Positions 22,153 to 34,487 of a DNA stretch of 64,000 nucleotides are shown here, piece after piece. Position 1 is the stretch's first letter; each line of letters starts with the position of its first letter. The DNA is from a virus. A program made the position numbers and the translations under genes. The stretch lies in the IMG/VR virus record IMGVR_UViG_3300050343_000185; one strand, written 5' to 3'. A model generated the notes under the pieces. That model worked only from the letters and a program-made list of their open reading frames with translations. It was not told the DNA's origin and searched no databases.

Positions 22153-22614
22153 TCAACCTACTGTCAAGTCCTCAAATTGTCTCAAACGGCATTGGTGGAC
22201 ATAAAGATCTTTAATATTTCCGTTAACATCAATAATATACTCCAATTCAAATGTGGATTGACCAACGCAAATTGATCTGATATAGTCTTTCTGTTCATTA
22301 GTAATAAGTTCCAGTCCACCCTCACGAGAGAGCAGATCAAGAATACCATCAGCAATATTTGTATTCTTAACAGTCTTGTTTAAAAACAATTCATCATCAT
22401 TATCAAAAATCTCTGGATAACTGAATGCTAAATGTAATTTAATATCTGTACTATCTGTCAATAGAGATACAACTCCTTTACAAATATCATATCTTTTGGT
22501 AAGAAGACGATACAATTCTGTTAGGAAAGAATTCTCCGGTACATCAAAGTTGTAATGACCATCCCAGACAGAAACTTGAGTAACGACGCCATATGAGTTA
22601 TATGACATACCCAT
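22153..22614 (-). CDS. Hypothetical protein (AT-rich block)
   Basis: Intact ORF overlapping its neighbour. Confidence 0.55.
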   Translation of the reverse strand: MGMSYNSYGVVTQVSVWDGHYNFDVPENSFLTELYRLLTKRYDICKGVVSLLTDSTDIKLHLAFSYPEIFDNDDELFLNKTVKNTNIADGILDLLSREGGLELITNEQKDYIRSICVGQSTFELEYIIDVNGNIKDLYVHQCRLRQFEDLTVG

Positions 22615-23020
22615 TATTTACTTCTTCCATCGCATCATGATTGTTAGTAATGCTTCTAATCTTAGTTCTAAAATCTAAGATATTGTCATTACCAATCTCA
22701 CTAATAAATTTATTCCAAACAATAGGATGTTCAACAGTAGAGAATCGAATTGGATTTTTACAATAATATGACATTATATTATTATCTTTATGCTCAATAT
22801 AAAGATATTTGTCAAAAACGTAGTTGTAGTCTGTTGTGTGTTTTTGTTTGTAATTAAATAATTTATTTAATTTGATAATCATATCAGATTCCATGTCCGG
22901 AAGATATGCAGAATCAACCAAACATGTAAATCTTCGTGGCATCATCTCGATTGTCGAAACATGCTCTTGTGTGTTTACATTGTATTTCTCTACAATGTGA
23001 AAGTTATCTGAGAACATCAT
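22598..23020 (-). CDS. Hypothetical protein (AT-rich block)
   Basis: Intact ORF, 4-nt overlap. Confidence 0.55.
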   Translation of the reverse strand: MMFSDNFHIVEKYNVNTQEHVSTIEMMPRRFTCLVDSAYLPDMESDMIIKLNKLFNYKQKHTTDYNYVFDKYLYIEHKDNNIMSYYCKNPIRFSTVEHPIVWNKFISEIGNDNILDFRTKIRSITNNHDAMEEVNNGYVI

Positions 23021-23382
23021 TCGTTTGTCATTACGATTTGACCAATAGAGTTAGCAAGAGAATAGAAAATGTAATTTTCTGGTGTAGTAACACTCTCCTG
23101 ACTATCTGGTAGATTTGACTCCAAGAAATTTAACATATCATCAAAATCATCTACCTCAACAAATACGTGCTCAGAGTTCGTTAGAAGAGTCCACAGATCA
23201 GTAGGAAGAATATCTTTATACAGTTTTTGTGAGGCATTAATAGCATCTACATCAGAACTGGCATTCCAACCAGTCGATCTGAGATATAATATCGCTTTGC
23301 CTTTGAGAACAGCGTAATTCTCAATAAAATTATCAAAGTAGAATGCGTCGTAAGATGAGTTCATTTTAGTATTAGTTTCCAA
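23017..23382 (-). CDS. Hypothetical protein (AT-rich block)
   Basis: Intact ORF, overlaps. Confidence 0.55.
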   Translation of the reverse strand: METNTKMNSSYDAFYFDNFIENYAVLKGKAILYLRSTGWNASSDVDAINASQKLYKDILPTDLWTLLTNSEHVFVEVDDFDDMLNFLESNLPDSQESVTTPENYIFYSLANSIGQIVMTNE

Positions 23383-23891
23383 GCAACAGTTACTCTCAAC
23401 CCAGTAAATAATCTAGATGTTCCCTCTGCCATGTGTGGTATTTCACCGGGGAAAAGAATAGCAGAATTTGGAATAGGGTTTTTATATTCCAATTCATTTT
23501 GATTGCGGAGAAATATAGTTTTTCCTCCCCACTCTGGTCTCCATGTAGGGTTTACATAGTATACTAGAGTTCTACCATTCGATTCATACCAGTCAACGTG
23601 AAACTCTCCTTGAGTACCAAACGTGTGACCATTAGCATATACATCATATAGATCATAATCTTGATGGGTTTTTTCCCTAATGATATTTAGAAGATAATCA
23701 GAAAAATATGAATCTTCTAAAAAATCCATACGCCAAAATGGAATACTATCTGGTCTATTATATTTGTCAACATGTGACCCATGACCAAATCTCCATTTAG
23801 ATTCTTCTACTTTAGACTGTATCTTCCTAACATCATTAAAAGAAAAAAAATCATTATATTGTATAATATCATTCATTGTGTCTGTATCCAT
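23361..23891 (-). CDS. 2OG-Fe(II) oxygenase (prolyl-hydroxylase-like)
   Basis: YANGHT...FHVD, WRPEWGGKT, IPH...RVTVAW. Confidence 0.88.
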   Translation of the reverse strand: MDTDTMNDIIQYNDFFSFNDVRKIQSKVEESKWRFGHGSHVDKYNRPDSIPFWRMDFLEDSYFSDYLLNIIREKTHQDYDLYDVYANGHTFGTQGEFHVDWYESNGRTLVYYVNPTWRPEWGGKTIFLRNQNELEYKNPIPNSAILFPGEIPHMAEGTSRLFTGLRVTVAWKLILK

Positions 23892-24352
23892 CCAATAAAA
23901 ACATTTCTAGTCCCAAACTTAACTTCATTCACACGATGCAATAGATTTCCTGGATATAACACTGCTTTGCCTTTAGATAATTTGATATTTCTCCCATTCT
24001 CTATCACCAACTCTCCCCCATCATAATCATCATTGAGAAAACAAGTCATACTATAATCTGATCTCACACCACCACATGGATTAGCATCATAATGATCTTC
24101 ATATTTGTCTCCCACACCATATTTTACAAAATATATTTGCGACATTTCAGATACATGTAAGGGAACTGTACGTAATATTATATCACGACAATACATGTTT
24201 AGATCATAATGTCCCGGTCCATCAAATACTGTTTGGCAGCATTTATCTGCAGATGGATTACTAATCTTACCATCCTTGAACGTTAAGTAATTAAAATATT
24301 GACTGATATATGTTAGTTGTTCATAATTTAGTAAATCAATCTCATATATCAT
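23873..24352 (-). CDS. PKHD-type 2OG-Fe(II) hydroxylase
   Basis: YEDHYD, RSDYSMTCFLNDDYDGGEL, HRVNEV...RNVFIGW. Confidence 0.88.
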   Translation of the reverse strand: MIYEIDLLNYEQLTYISQYFNYLTFKDGKISNPSADKCCQTVFDGPGHYDLNMYCRDIILRTVPLHVSEMSQIYFVKYGVGDKYEDHYDANPCGGVRSDYSMTCFLNDDYDGGELVIENGRNIKLSKGKAVLYPGNLLHRVNEVKFGTRNVFIGWIQTQ

Positions 24353-25293
24353 AGTTCATTTTCATCAACAAAGTAATTTGTCCAATCAACTTCCACGTCT
24401 TCATTAATGTTCAACTCTTTCATTAGATCTAGTACTTTCTTAGTAACTTTTCTGGTTGGAGCTATTCCTCTTTGCGCTAAGTTAAACATGTTAACTTCTC
24501 TATTCTTAAAGAAGTCAGTAGATGCCTGAGAATCATGTTTTACCCACTGATTTGTATCATTAATATCCATGAATACTGGAGCATCAGTTACACCATCTTC
24601 CAATTTACCTTCCGGATACATCTTTCTATACTTAATCGGATCAATTGGAAACTTAAGATTGTAAGTATACTTAAAGTATTCCAATCCAGAGTTATGAAAT
24701 TCTGAGTCTGCAGGACTTGGTGTAGAGTGTTCTCTAATCCATTTTCTCCAAGTAATCCAAGCGTCTTTCTCGCCTTCATAACTATCTTCTATATCAGGGA
24801 GAATTCTCCAATCAGAAAGACTCAACATTTCACGCTTTTGTCTTTTTAATTTAAACTGACGTTGCTCAAAAAATGCTGCTTCTTGATCAATACCAGCAAC
24901 TACCTCATTGACCTTAGCATTTTTTACTTCTTGTACGACTTGAAAGAAAGTATCTATTAACTCATATAGTTCTTTTGCTTCTTGAGAACTGGCACCAGTA
25001 AACTTATAAGTTTGAAGATATGTACTCTCTGTATTAAAATCATACTTCACTCGTTTTCTTTGACAGAAATATGTATCGTCATTAAAGTATTGAAAATACT
25101 CAAGTAAATCTTTGTCGGTATGCCAAAACTCAGAAATTTTTGTATTAAGAAACTTATTCTTAATTTCCTCATCCATTTTATATCTTTTGCCGTTAAAATC
25201 TCCAAGCAATTTAAATCCAGATGATGCAGAAGCACCATCTATAATGGTATTATTAGCAAAATCAACTTGTATGAGAGCGATTCTTTGTTCCAT
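24349..25293 (-). CDS. Tail fibre assembly chaperone-like protein
   Basis: REMLSLSDWRILPD...W..WRKWIR resembles the DWxQLPD...WxxYRQxLRD chaperone motif; follows fibre genes. Confidence 0.55.
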   Translation of the reverse strand: MEQRIALIQVDFANNTIIDGASASSGFKLLGDFNGKRYKMDEEIKNKFLNTKISEFWHTDKDLLEYFQYFNDDTYFCQRKRVKYDFNTESTYLQTYKFTGASSQEAKELYELIDTFFQVVQEVKNAKVNEVVAGIDQEAAFFEQRQFKLKRQKREMLSLSDWRILPDIEDSYEGEKDAWITWRKWIREHSTPSPADSEFHNSGLEYFKYTYNLKFPIDPIKYRKMYPEGKLEDGVTDAPVFMDINDTNQWVKHDSQASTDFFKNREVNMFNLAQRGIAPTRKVTKKVLDLMKELNINEDVEVDWTNYFVDENEL

Positions 25294-25302
25294 GAGAGTT
25301 AA

Positions 25303-25965
25303 TTACGTTTAATGTACCATCCTGTCAAAATATATTTATCTTGAGTAAGTACAGTATTTCCTTTATGTGTATGTGTATATCCTGCTGGCCAGATAACTAC
25401 AGTTCCAGCAGTAGGTTTGATTCTACGTCTTTGATAAAAAATTCTGTTTCAGCTTCACCATCTGGCATATCATTAAGATATATCATCCAGACTAATTCTC
25501 TACTAGCATGTGTCTCATCAGAATTTTCATAGTGCCAAAGATGATAACCACCACCAGGAGGAGTTTTCTGTATTTTAATATCAGAAGAAATCATTTTTGT
25601 TTTAATCAAAGATTGATATTCTGAAACATAATGTTTTACACAACATCTTAAAATTGAATTGATTTTTAAGCAAAGATCTCTATTTGCATAATTCATGACC
25701 ATCGCAAAATCGTTTCGATTTAATTGTCCACCATATACATCTTCGGACCTGATCACATGATCAGGAGCGCCATATTCTTGTATTTTAAGACTTGGATTGA
25801 CAACACATGCTTGATCAATTTGATTGTCTACAAATTCACGAATTTCTTCACATAAGGGACGAGGCATAAAATTTTTCCATACCCCTATAAAATCGTCAAA
25901 TTCACAATGGTGATATTTTTATCATACATCAATTCATGTGGTCTATAATCAGGCAATGATGACAT
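25303..25965 (-). CDS. 2OG-Fe(II) oxygenase, split by indels
   Basis: KIQKTPPGGGYHLWHYE; shifted frame continues WPAGYTHTHKGN...KYILTGW. Confidence 0.85.
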
Positions 25966-25967
25966 AA

Positions 25968-28900
25968 TCAATAAGCTTTGATAATATATTTAGTCTTGTG
26001 GAAAGGGTTGATAATTGGAACTTGTATCTGTGGTTCCATTGTAACAGATGGAAATGGTTTGGCAAAACTTTTATTCCATGTAAATATAGCGTCTGTCATA
26101 TCCATAAAGATTTCAGTTTGGTTGAATATTAAATTAATAGAAGTAGCACCATTTCCTAATCCAGATCCATCTGGTGCCGCAAGAGTACCAGCGCCACTAT
26201 TATTGCCACCACTAAAATCAGATTGTATATTTTGAATGGGATCTAGCGTTAAGAAGTGACTGTGACTATTTGTATTTCCACTAACTGGTAAGTATACTGA
26301 CTCAATTGTAAAGCGAAGAGGTTCTGTATCAACGATAGCAGCAACTGCTCGTTAGCACCACTTGCTATAGTATTCATAACGATCTGCTCCACTCAAACCA
26401 CTACTGGAGATAACCACCAAGTCATAAAATCAACTTCTGTTGTAGCATCATCATCTTTATTCTTTGAAAGTCCAACAGCATTTGAAACACCAGTGGAAGA
26501 GTGGGAAACTACCACCGTCTACTTCATAGTTAACTTCTGATGTTCCTGTTTGTAAGTTCTCCAGTGCCCATTGTTCGTAAATTAAATCCATCTCCATAAT
26601 ATTTGTTCAGTTCTGCCTTAAATTTACCACCACCAAGATCTTCCAGGAAATCTTCCCATTTCCTGCTTGTGTATTAAGATTATTAGTTACAAGTTCCTTC
26701 TTGTGTAGATTCGTCCACCATACCACCAAACATACCCCTACCAGCTAGGTGGACCCCATGGTAATTAAGAGGGTCTCCACCATCTCCATCAGACAACTAG
26801 CAGCAAGATATGCATGATCATGTTGAGGAGCTTGTACAACAACATCTTCTAATGGACCAATCTGTCCAACAACAGTACCAACAATAGCAAATACTAATAT
26901 CGTCTGTTACTGTTTCCAATCCCGCTAATTTTACTGTACCTAAGAGTAAAATATTCACTATCTAAACCTGTAGTTCCAGTTCCTTGAATTTGCTCTAATG
27001 GATCAGTACCTAAAACATCTACTTTATCAAAATACCAATATCCACCTTCATTACCAACACCAAAAATAGATCCACCACTTGATATGGGTTGTGAAACCGA
27101 ATTACCTCTACTAGCATCAACTTGTCCAGTACCACATAGTCTTCTGTTTCTATAATCAGGAAGATTAAAACTAGAACCAGACCCACCATAAGTGTATTTA
27201 ATAACATCAAATAGCATGAAATATAGTGTTGTATCTAAGGCTCTACCATCACATGAAATAAATCCAGGATATCTATCACCAAGAGATCCATCAAGATCAC
27301 CATAAGTTCCAAGATTATCTTTTAAAATTGGCAATACAGTGCCAATTGGATAACCATCAAATTTTTCAACTTTCTTACTATACCAAACACCTAAATTATT
27401 TGCTGGAAGTGGTGCTGAAGCATAACTAGATACCGTCCACGTAAAAGGGTTGTTTAACGATCCTGTTCCAACCGTTACTGTTGTACCTTGTGTAGTATTA
27501 AGATTTGATGGTACTAAACTTACCACGGTAAATGAAGTATTTACATTGGGATCAAACGTTCTAGGACCAACAACTGGTGTATCGCCATCAATAGAAATCA
27601 ATGATCCATTTGTAGCATTAATAGTAATAGGTACATTAATGCCAGCAACAGTAACCGGAGAACTACTTACATATGTTCCAGGAATTTGATTAATTAAATT
27701 TGATGGAATATTAAATGTAGCGTCACTATCTGGTCCACTACCTGTTATAACAGTCCATGTTGATATATCTCTATCACCAACACTGAATCTGAAGTTCCCT
27801 AGGTGTGCATTAAATGTGGGAGCAGACTGTAGATAGATGAATAATTTATCGCCATTTTGTACAGATGTTGGGAATACACCAATAGATCCATTATTAACCT
27901 GTACACGAACTAAACTAGAATCTGTAGAAACAACCTCCACAGGTACAGACAACCCAGCAGTTAACCCAGTGATGCCAGCAGGTTGCTGATCTGATCCAAT
28001 TAATGTATCTGTAAGAACTCCAGTTTGATCTGTAAATGAGAAATTAGACGGAGTAGTATCAGATGCTACTCCTGTAGTAACAGTCCAATTTGATCCATTG
28101 GCATCATCAGCAATAGACAAATCCGTCGATTTTGGAGTTAAATTAGTTGATGGACTTAAAATTCTCAATTGTAAATAGTCACCATTACTGACAGTTCCAC
28201 TAGTACCCCAACCAGAACCAGATAATACTTCATATCCATCAGCATTTGTAGATGTATTACTAGTCAAAGATAATAAATATTCTCCACCATTACTAAGACT
28301 AATAGATCCATCCTCATTCATTCCTTGTACTCTTAATACTTCACTATAGATAAGAGTATCTACTTCAACAGGATCTAAGTCTGTAAAATCTGGAAATGGT
28401 ATAGCATTGTTTCCAGGAACTGCTTCATTCCTTACTTTCCAAGTCTCATTGGCAGTTCCAATTACCAAACTTATATTCATAAACTGAGTGTAGAAAGTAG
28501 AAGTTCTACCCCTTACCTGAATTCTAGCACCATTTTCAACACTTTGAGTGCCATCAGCGGCAATCCATCCAGTATCCCATGTTCCATCACCATTATAATC
28601 AATACGTAGCGCAACATAATCAGTAATAGACGCTCCACTTGGAATTGGAACATTACCAGAAATAGCAACAGGTGCTTGTGTTGTTGGTGTTAATCCACTG
28701 ATAGTAGGTATCACTTCACCTGGTCTACTTCCATCACCAAAAGTATACAAAGTATCCAACTCAGCATCTTCAAATCCTTGTAGTGGAAATGGATCTGGTG
28801 TGAAATCTTCAGGAATGGTTGTGATTAACCAATATTGAACAAGATCGCCAACCTGAATAGTGACTGTTTGCGTTGTATTCCAACTAGGTGGCGCTTTAAA

Positions 28901-28969
28901 TTTAAACTGAACGTAATCGCCTTCGGATACGTAAAGTGGTTCATTATTTGGTGCAAATGAAAATGCCAT
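25968..28969 (-). CDS. Tail fibre/structural protein with Ig-like repeats and a C-terminal tail-collar domain, indels in the 3' part
   Basis: YPIGTVLP...GFISCDG...FNLPDYR collar motif; ends KYIIKAY. Confidence 0.75.
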
Positions 28970-29011
28970 TCCTCTTACAGTGTATCCCAGTGTTAGTATT
29001 TATCTATGATG

Positions 29012-30771
29012 TTAAAGTTGACGAACATCTTTCCAATCATCATCTTGATTTAAATCAACTTGAATTGGATAGTTTGACTTTAATCTCTACTTTAATATCA
29101 ACATCATCAATTAAGATTAACTCAGATAAAACTTCTACCTCTGGTGAAACAACAGGGGGTCTGATCTTTTATTAAATCCTCACTTTCTGGAATATTTAAA
29201 TTTTCCGGAGTATCGTCAATAATAATCGGTACAGTAAATGACTCTTCTTTAAAATTACCTAACTTACCTGTTGCCCTAACTACATACGAAACACTTAGTG
29301 GTCCTCTGTCATTATAAGGTATTGTTGTAGTGTATCCATTAGTGGATTCGGTTCCCCCAATTTCAGCACTGTCATTGACTGATAAATTAGCAGCAGAACC
29401 TGTAGTAGAACCAACGTAATCATAGTTATATGTTGGTGTGACCGTTATAGAATCTGTAGCATATTTTGTGGTAACATTAATAGTTCCTTGATTACCATAC
29501 AATAAATTAGTTGGAGGATCTACAGATAATTCTACTGGTTGATAAACAATAACGGTTACGCTGCCTGTGGCGGTTCCACCAACACCAGAAACTTGTCCAG
29601 TATATACTGTAGTAACTGATGGAGTTACGTCCGAATTACTGGTTAAATTTCCATTAGTGAGACCACCAGCCAACCACGTCAATGTAGGAGTCCAATTCAA
29701 TCCACCACCATCACCAACGACAGACCAAGAAATATTAGCTGTATCCGTGAGCATCATTTCCGTCTTATTAGTAGAAATACTAAAAATAGGTGGAACGTAA
29801 ACAGTAGCAGTTGCTGTTGCTGTTGCGGAAAGACCATTTCCAAAAACAGTTAAAGTGTAAGTAGTAGTATTGGTGGGACAATTTACAGTGCTTCCATTTA
29901 CACCAACTGCTCCAACACCTTGATTAATGCTAGCACTCGACGCATTTGTAGATGACCAAGATAATGTAGTACATTCTCCACGTTTAAATGCTGTAGGATT
30001 TACCGAAAAACTGCTAATTGTGGGGATTGCAATGTCATAATAAACAGTTGCGAATCCATTACCAAAATGCTGTGATCCTGAATTGGAATTAAAACTACAA
30101 TAAGTGCTATTATAACCAGATTGACCGCCACTACCGCCGCCACCTCCTCGGTTACTATCAACGCCATATGCACCACCGGCACCGCCAACACAACCACCAC
30201 CGCCGCCGCCTCCACCGCCGCCATCAGGACCACTCTTATTGGATCCATTTTCAGTCGTATTTTTTTGACCAGTACCACCAACAGTACGATTGTTTGGATT
30301 TCCTGTTAATAGTCCAGTACCAGTGCCACCATTGGTGGCGGATCTCCCCAACGAAGCGCCACCTCCACCGCCGCCGCCACCAAGGACAGCAACCCATGTA
30401 TTACTATAAGTATCGAAAATACCACTAGCACCACCGCCACCGCCACCAGCGCCAGAAGATCCATAATCAGCAGAATTTCCACCCTGTCCACCACTAGCAG
30501 TTAGAGATGATCCGCCACTACCACCAGGACCATTGCCACCTCCACCGCCGCCGCCACCTACACTTCCGAGATAGAAATCTAATCTTCTAGCAGTAAGATT
30601 AGGAAAATATATATTTGCTCTTCTTCCAGCACCACCTTCTCCACGACTGGCGTTAGCATCGTTGCCACCTGCACCACCGCTAGCTCCAGCAATATCTACA
30701 CGAATATTAATCGCATAACTTGGAATTTGTACTGATCCGTTGCTGTTAAATGTTTGCTGAAAGTCTGCCAT
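29012..30771 (-). CDS. Virion structural protein, Gly-rich N-terminal domain plus Ig/PKD-like stalk (paralog B)
   Basis: GGGGGG..G motifs, TTLSWSSTNA; C-terminal part duplicated in the upstream gene. Confidence 0.7.
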
Positions 30772-31565
30772 TTTAGATCTCTCTTACATCGGTCCAATCA
30801 TTATCTTGATTAATGATCAACTTGAATTGGATAGTTACTTTTAACTTCTACTTTAATATCGACATCATCAATCAAGATTAACTCAGATAAAACTTCTACC
30901 TCTGGTGAAACAACTGGTGTTTGATCTTTTATTAAATCCTCACTTTCTGGAATATTTAGATTCTCTGGAGTATCGTCAATAATAATTGGAAAGCTAACTA
31001 CTTGTTCTTGGAAGTTGCCCAATTTACCTGTTGCTCTGACTACATATGAAACACTTAATGGTCCTCTGTCATTATAAGGTATTGTTGTAGTATATCCTGT
31101 AGTAGATTCGGTTCCACCCATATCAGCAGCATTATTGACAGGCAAATTAACCACAGATCCTGTAGTAGATCCAACATAATCATAGTTATATGTTGGTGTT
31201 ATCGTTATAGAATCTGTAGCATATTTTGTTGTAACATTAATAGTTCCCTGGTTGTTATATACCAAACTAGTTGGAGGATCTACAGATAATTGTACTGGTT
31301 GATAAACAATAACAGTTACAGTACCTGTATCAGTTCCACCTACACCAGAAACTTGACCTGTGTATATTGTAGTATCTGATGGAGTTACGTCTGAATTACT
31401 AGTTAAATTACCATTAGTAAGACCGCCAGACAACCATGTTAAAATAGGAGTCCAATTTAATCCACCGCCATCACCACTAACAGACCAAGAAATATTAGCT
31501 GTATCTGTAAGCATCATTTCGGTCTTATTAGTAGAAATATTAAAAATAGGTGGAACATAAACAGT
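29035..31565. repeat. Direct repeat of about 770 bp (about 29035-29805 and 30797-31565)
   Basis: Long identical blocks with mostly third-position differences between two adjacent genes. Confidence 0.9.
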
Positions 31566-32263
31566 TAAAGTTTTCGTGACTGAATTACTCGTAATTCCAA
31601 AATAATCTGCAGTTAAAGTGCGACTAATGCTATTAGTGGGACTATAGGGCAAATTACCAACTGCTCCAACACTACCTTGACCAGTTAAACTTCTTGATGT
31701 AGAATTACTGACTGACCAAGTTAATGTAGATGATAATCCCCTTTGAATAGCAGTAGGATTAAAATTTAAAGTAATACCTGGTGTGGGATATGTACAAGTT
31801 CCATTATCAAGATCTGCGCTTGGATTATAGTTTGTAGCACGGGGATCTGTACATCCAGGAACAGGTGGGGGAGGAAAAAATCCAATCCAATCTATAGCAA
31901 CACCCCAAGGTCCACCACCAGAATTAATAACAGTAGCACTAAGAGTATATGTACCCGGACCATAGTAATTTGCGGTAGTAACTGCACTTTGACTTCTAAA
32001 ACCACCCATTCCCATTTCATAGTTGCCATTAATATAAATCGCCCCACTATCATCTACATTGGCATAGAATATTTGTCTGCCATAATTTGAGAAAGTAATA
32101 GTCCAATAAAATGTTCTATTGGAGCCACCTACCACTTCCACCAGGGTCATTACCCCCAATATTATATCCGTTCATAAAAGAAGACCATGCACCATTAGTG
32201 GTGGTGCCGGTATATCCTTGAAGTATTAGGAGATCTACTTGTGAAACTAGAATCTTGGGTCAT
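30773..32263 (-). CDS. Virion structural protein, PA14/lectin-like N-terminal domain plus the same stalk (paralog A)
   Basis: ANVDDSGAIYING motif, GCTDPRATNYNP repeat; start restored across an indel. Confidence 0.7.
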
Positions 32264-32265
32264 TT

Positions 32266-33155
32266 TTAAAACTTAATAATGTATTCTACAAGAATAAAAG
32301 GTGTAACTAACTGATCAATTTTCTCTTCATTTGATATATCAACATCAACTTTTGCTGTAACTCCAGACATATCGATATCTTGCTCAGAATATGAATAAGT
32401 AAAGTTATGAGTATATGTTGTGGGTCTAGTAACTCTGTGATCATGAATAGATTCTCTACCACCAGTGGCAGTAAAATCAAGTTGTGTTTCCAGCGCCACT
32501 ATTTCCACTAGCCGTGCCACCATCTTTACCACCTTCACCACCAACTAGATGTCTAGTAGAATAATTTAAATATGATTGATTTGAATTATGTAAGATGACC
32601 TTGAAAATTTTCAATCTCCAATTCTGTTTCTGTGGTATTTCTTTCCAAAACATATCTGGGACTTCCTAACATATCCAGAGCACCACTAGCAGTAACACGA
32701 GCATTACCCAAATATGTCGTATTAATAACATTTCCCTCATTACATATAACTTCAATTTGAGGACCAACTCTGTTCGTAGCAGCAGCAGATGCTTCTTCTC
32801 TATCAACAAAATCATTATTATATGTTCCTGATCCTCTACCACCAACAATTACTTTAGATCCCAAATCTGGTAATTGAAACTGCCCCAAGTCCCCAGTAAG
32901 AGCATCAGCATCTCTCACAGTTGATGCTTCTCTTTTAAATCTAGTCTCATTTCCAACTCCAAGAACTTTAGATAATGCTAAAAAATCTTTACAATTTAAT
33001 ACAGAACCATCACATTTTAAATATCCCGCTGGAATATCATCTTTAAATTGCGCTGAAAGTGGATCATTGCTAGAAGAAATTCCTGGTGTTGAATGTATAA
33101 TAATACTCCCAACACAACCACCATATTTTGATCTTTCGTATGTATAATTTGCCAT
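32266..33155 (-). CDS. Tail-collar domain protein, split by indels
   Basis: GYLKCDG...FQLPDLGSK; ends VEYIIKF. Confidence 0.75.
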
Positions 33156-33156
33156 T

Positions 33157-34484
33157 TTAGTATGCTCGGATGATGTATATACAGGTCATTGATGGTTGAC
33201 TAGTGTTCATGCTAATAGTCAACACTCCCACATTTGATGTATTATCAAGATTTGTGGTGCCAGGAATATTGACATCAGCAACCAATCTAGATTGTGGTTT
33301 TAAACTACGTTGATCATAAAACTGTTATTGGTTCGTGATCATGAGCGATAACGTTTGCCTGTGCTGCTACACTAGTATCAGTTTCAAAACTAGATCCAGG
33401 ATTACTTAGTAAAAGACCATAAGTTTCCAGCAGCTGGCACATCGTAGTAATAATTAGTGACTCCTTCTGGAATTATAGTATTACCACCACCCTGAGCAAA
33501 TGGCACGGAATTTACTCCACCACTACTGCCAGAAATATTTCCTAAAACTGGATAATGGCTATAATTTACTTTCAACGCAAGAGAAGTTCCCGCAACTTTC
33601 TGTGGTGATAAATTAGTTGGAGGATTTTCACTATTACATCTCATTACAGTTCTTCCTTCATCACCAGAACCAAATCCACTAAAACTTCCAAAAGATCCCC
33701 AGTTCTCTGGTCCAGCTAACTCAACATTATCTTTTGTAAATCTACTAATACCAACTCGCATGTCTGTCAATTTCACCATCATCAAATCTAGTATCCAAAG
33801 CAATCGCAGGTGCTTGGTCAAAAGCAGCATAAGTTAAACGTTGCCGGTAATATTATCGTATGGAATAACACCTTTTCCAGGCTTTGTCTTGCCCCAGGAC
33901 CCGCAGCACCAGTTGATTGCTCCACTACAGTGATTCATAAATACCACTATGACCATGACCTCTAATATGCGTATGTCCCTAATTTTCGACCACCAATAAA
34001 AATAGATTTTTCGCCTTCACCGTCAATAATTTTATTGCCAGTAATATTACCACTATATCCAGTTCTCTCATTTAATGAGAAAATGACATCAGTGTTTACA
34101 TTGTTCCAAGAGACATTGATACCATTATCTGTATTTGTTCCAATATATGGTTTAATTAAATTACCAGCAAAGGGATCATTATCTCTAACATCAGTTAAAG
34201 AACCAAAATAAGATTCTTCAATATCCATTAACATTTTACCACTAACCAAATTTGGAAGAGTAAAGTTACCGGTATATGCTGGAAATCCTCCCCCTAAGTT
34301 AGTCGGATCCGCCATTATAACTATCCCCAATTGTTTGTACAAGTAGAGGATATTCATTTGCTGGTGGTTGAGATCCATCGCAAATAATCCAACCTTTTGG
34401 TATATTACTGACAGCTCCAGTCCATGGCATAATGGTGCCAATGACGGCACCTTTCATGGTTCTTGTTTCTTGATAAAAAGGCAT
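33157..34484 (-). CDS. Tail-collar domain protein, split by indels
   Basis: IGTIMPW...PKGWIICDG...FTLPNL; ends YIIRAY. Confidence 0.75.
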
Positions 34485-34487
34485 CTC

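Noticed and set aside
30100-30660. Gly-rich run as collagen-like or microsatellite repeat
   Set aside because: No Gly-X-Y periodicity; ordinary polyglycine-type fibre domain
29035-31565. Duplicated 770 bp as a DGR template/variable repeat pair
   Set aside because: Differences are mostly synonymous and not adenine-specific; both copies are coding; no reverse transcriptase in the window
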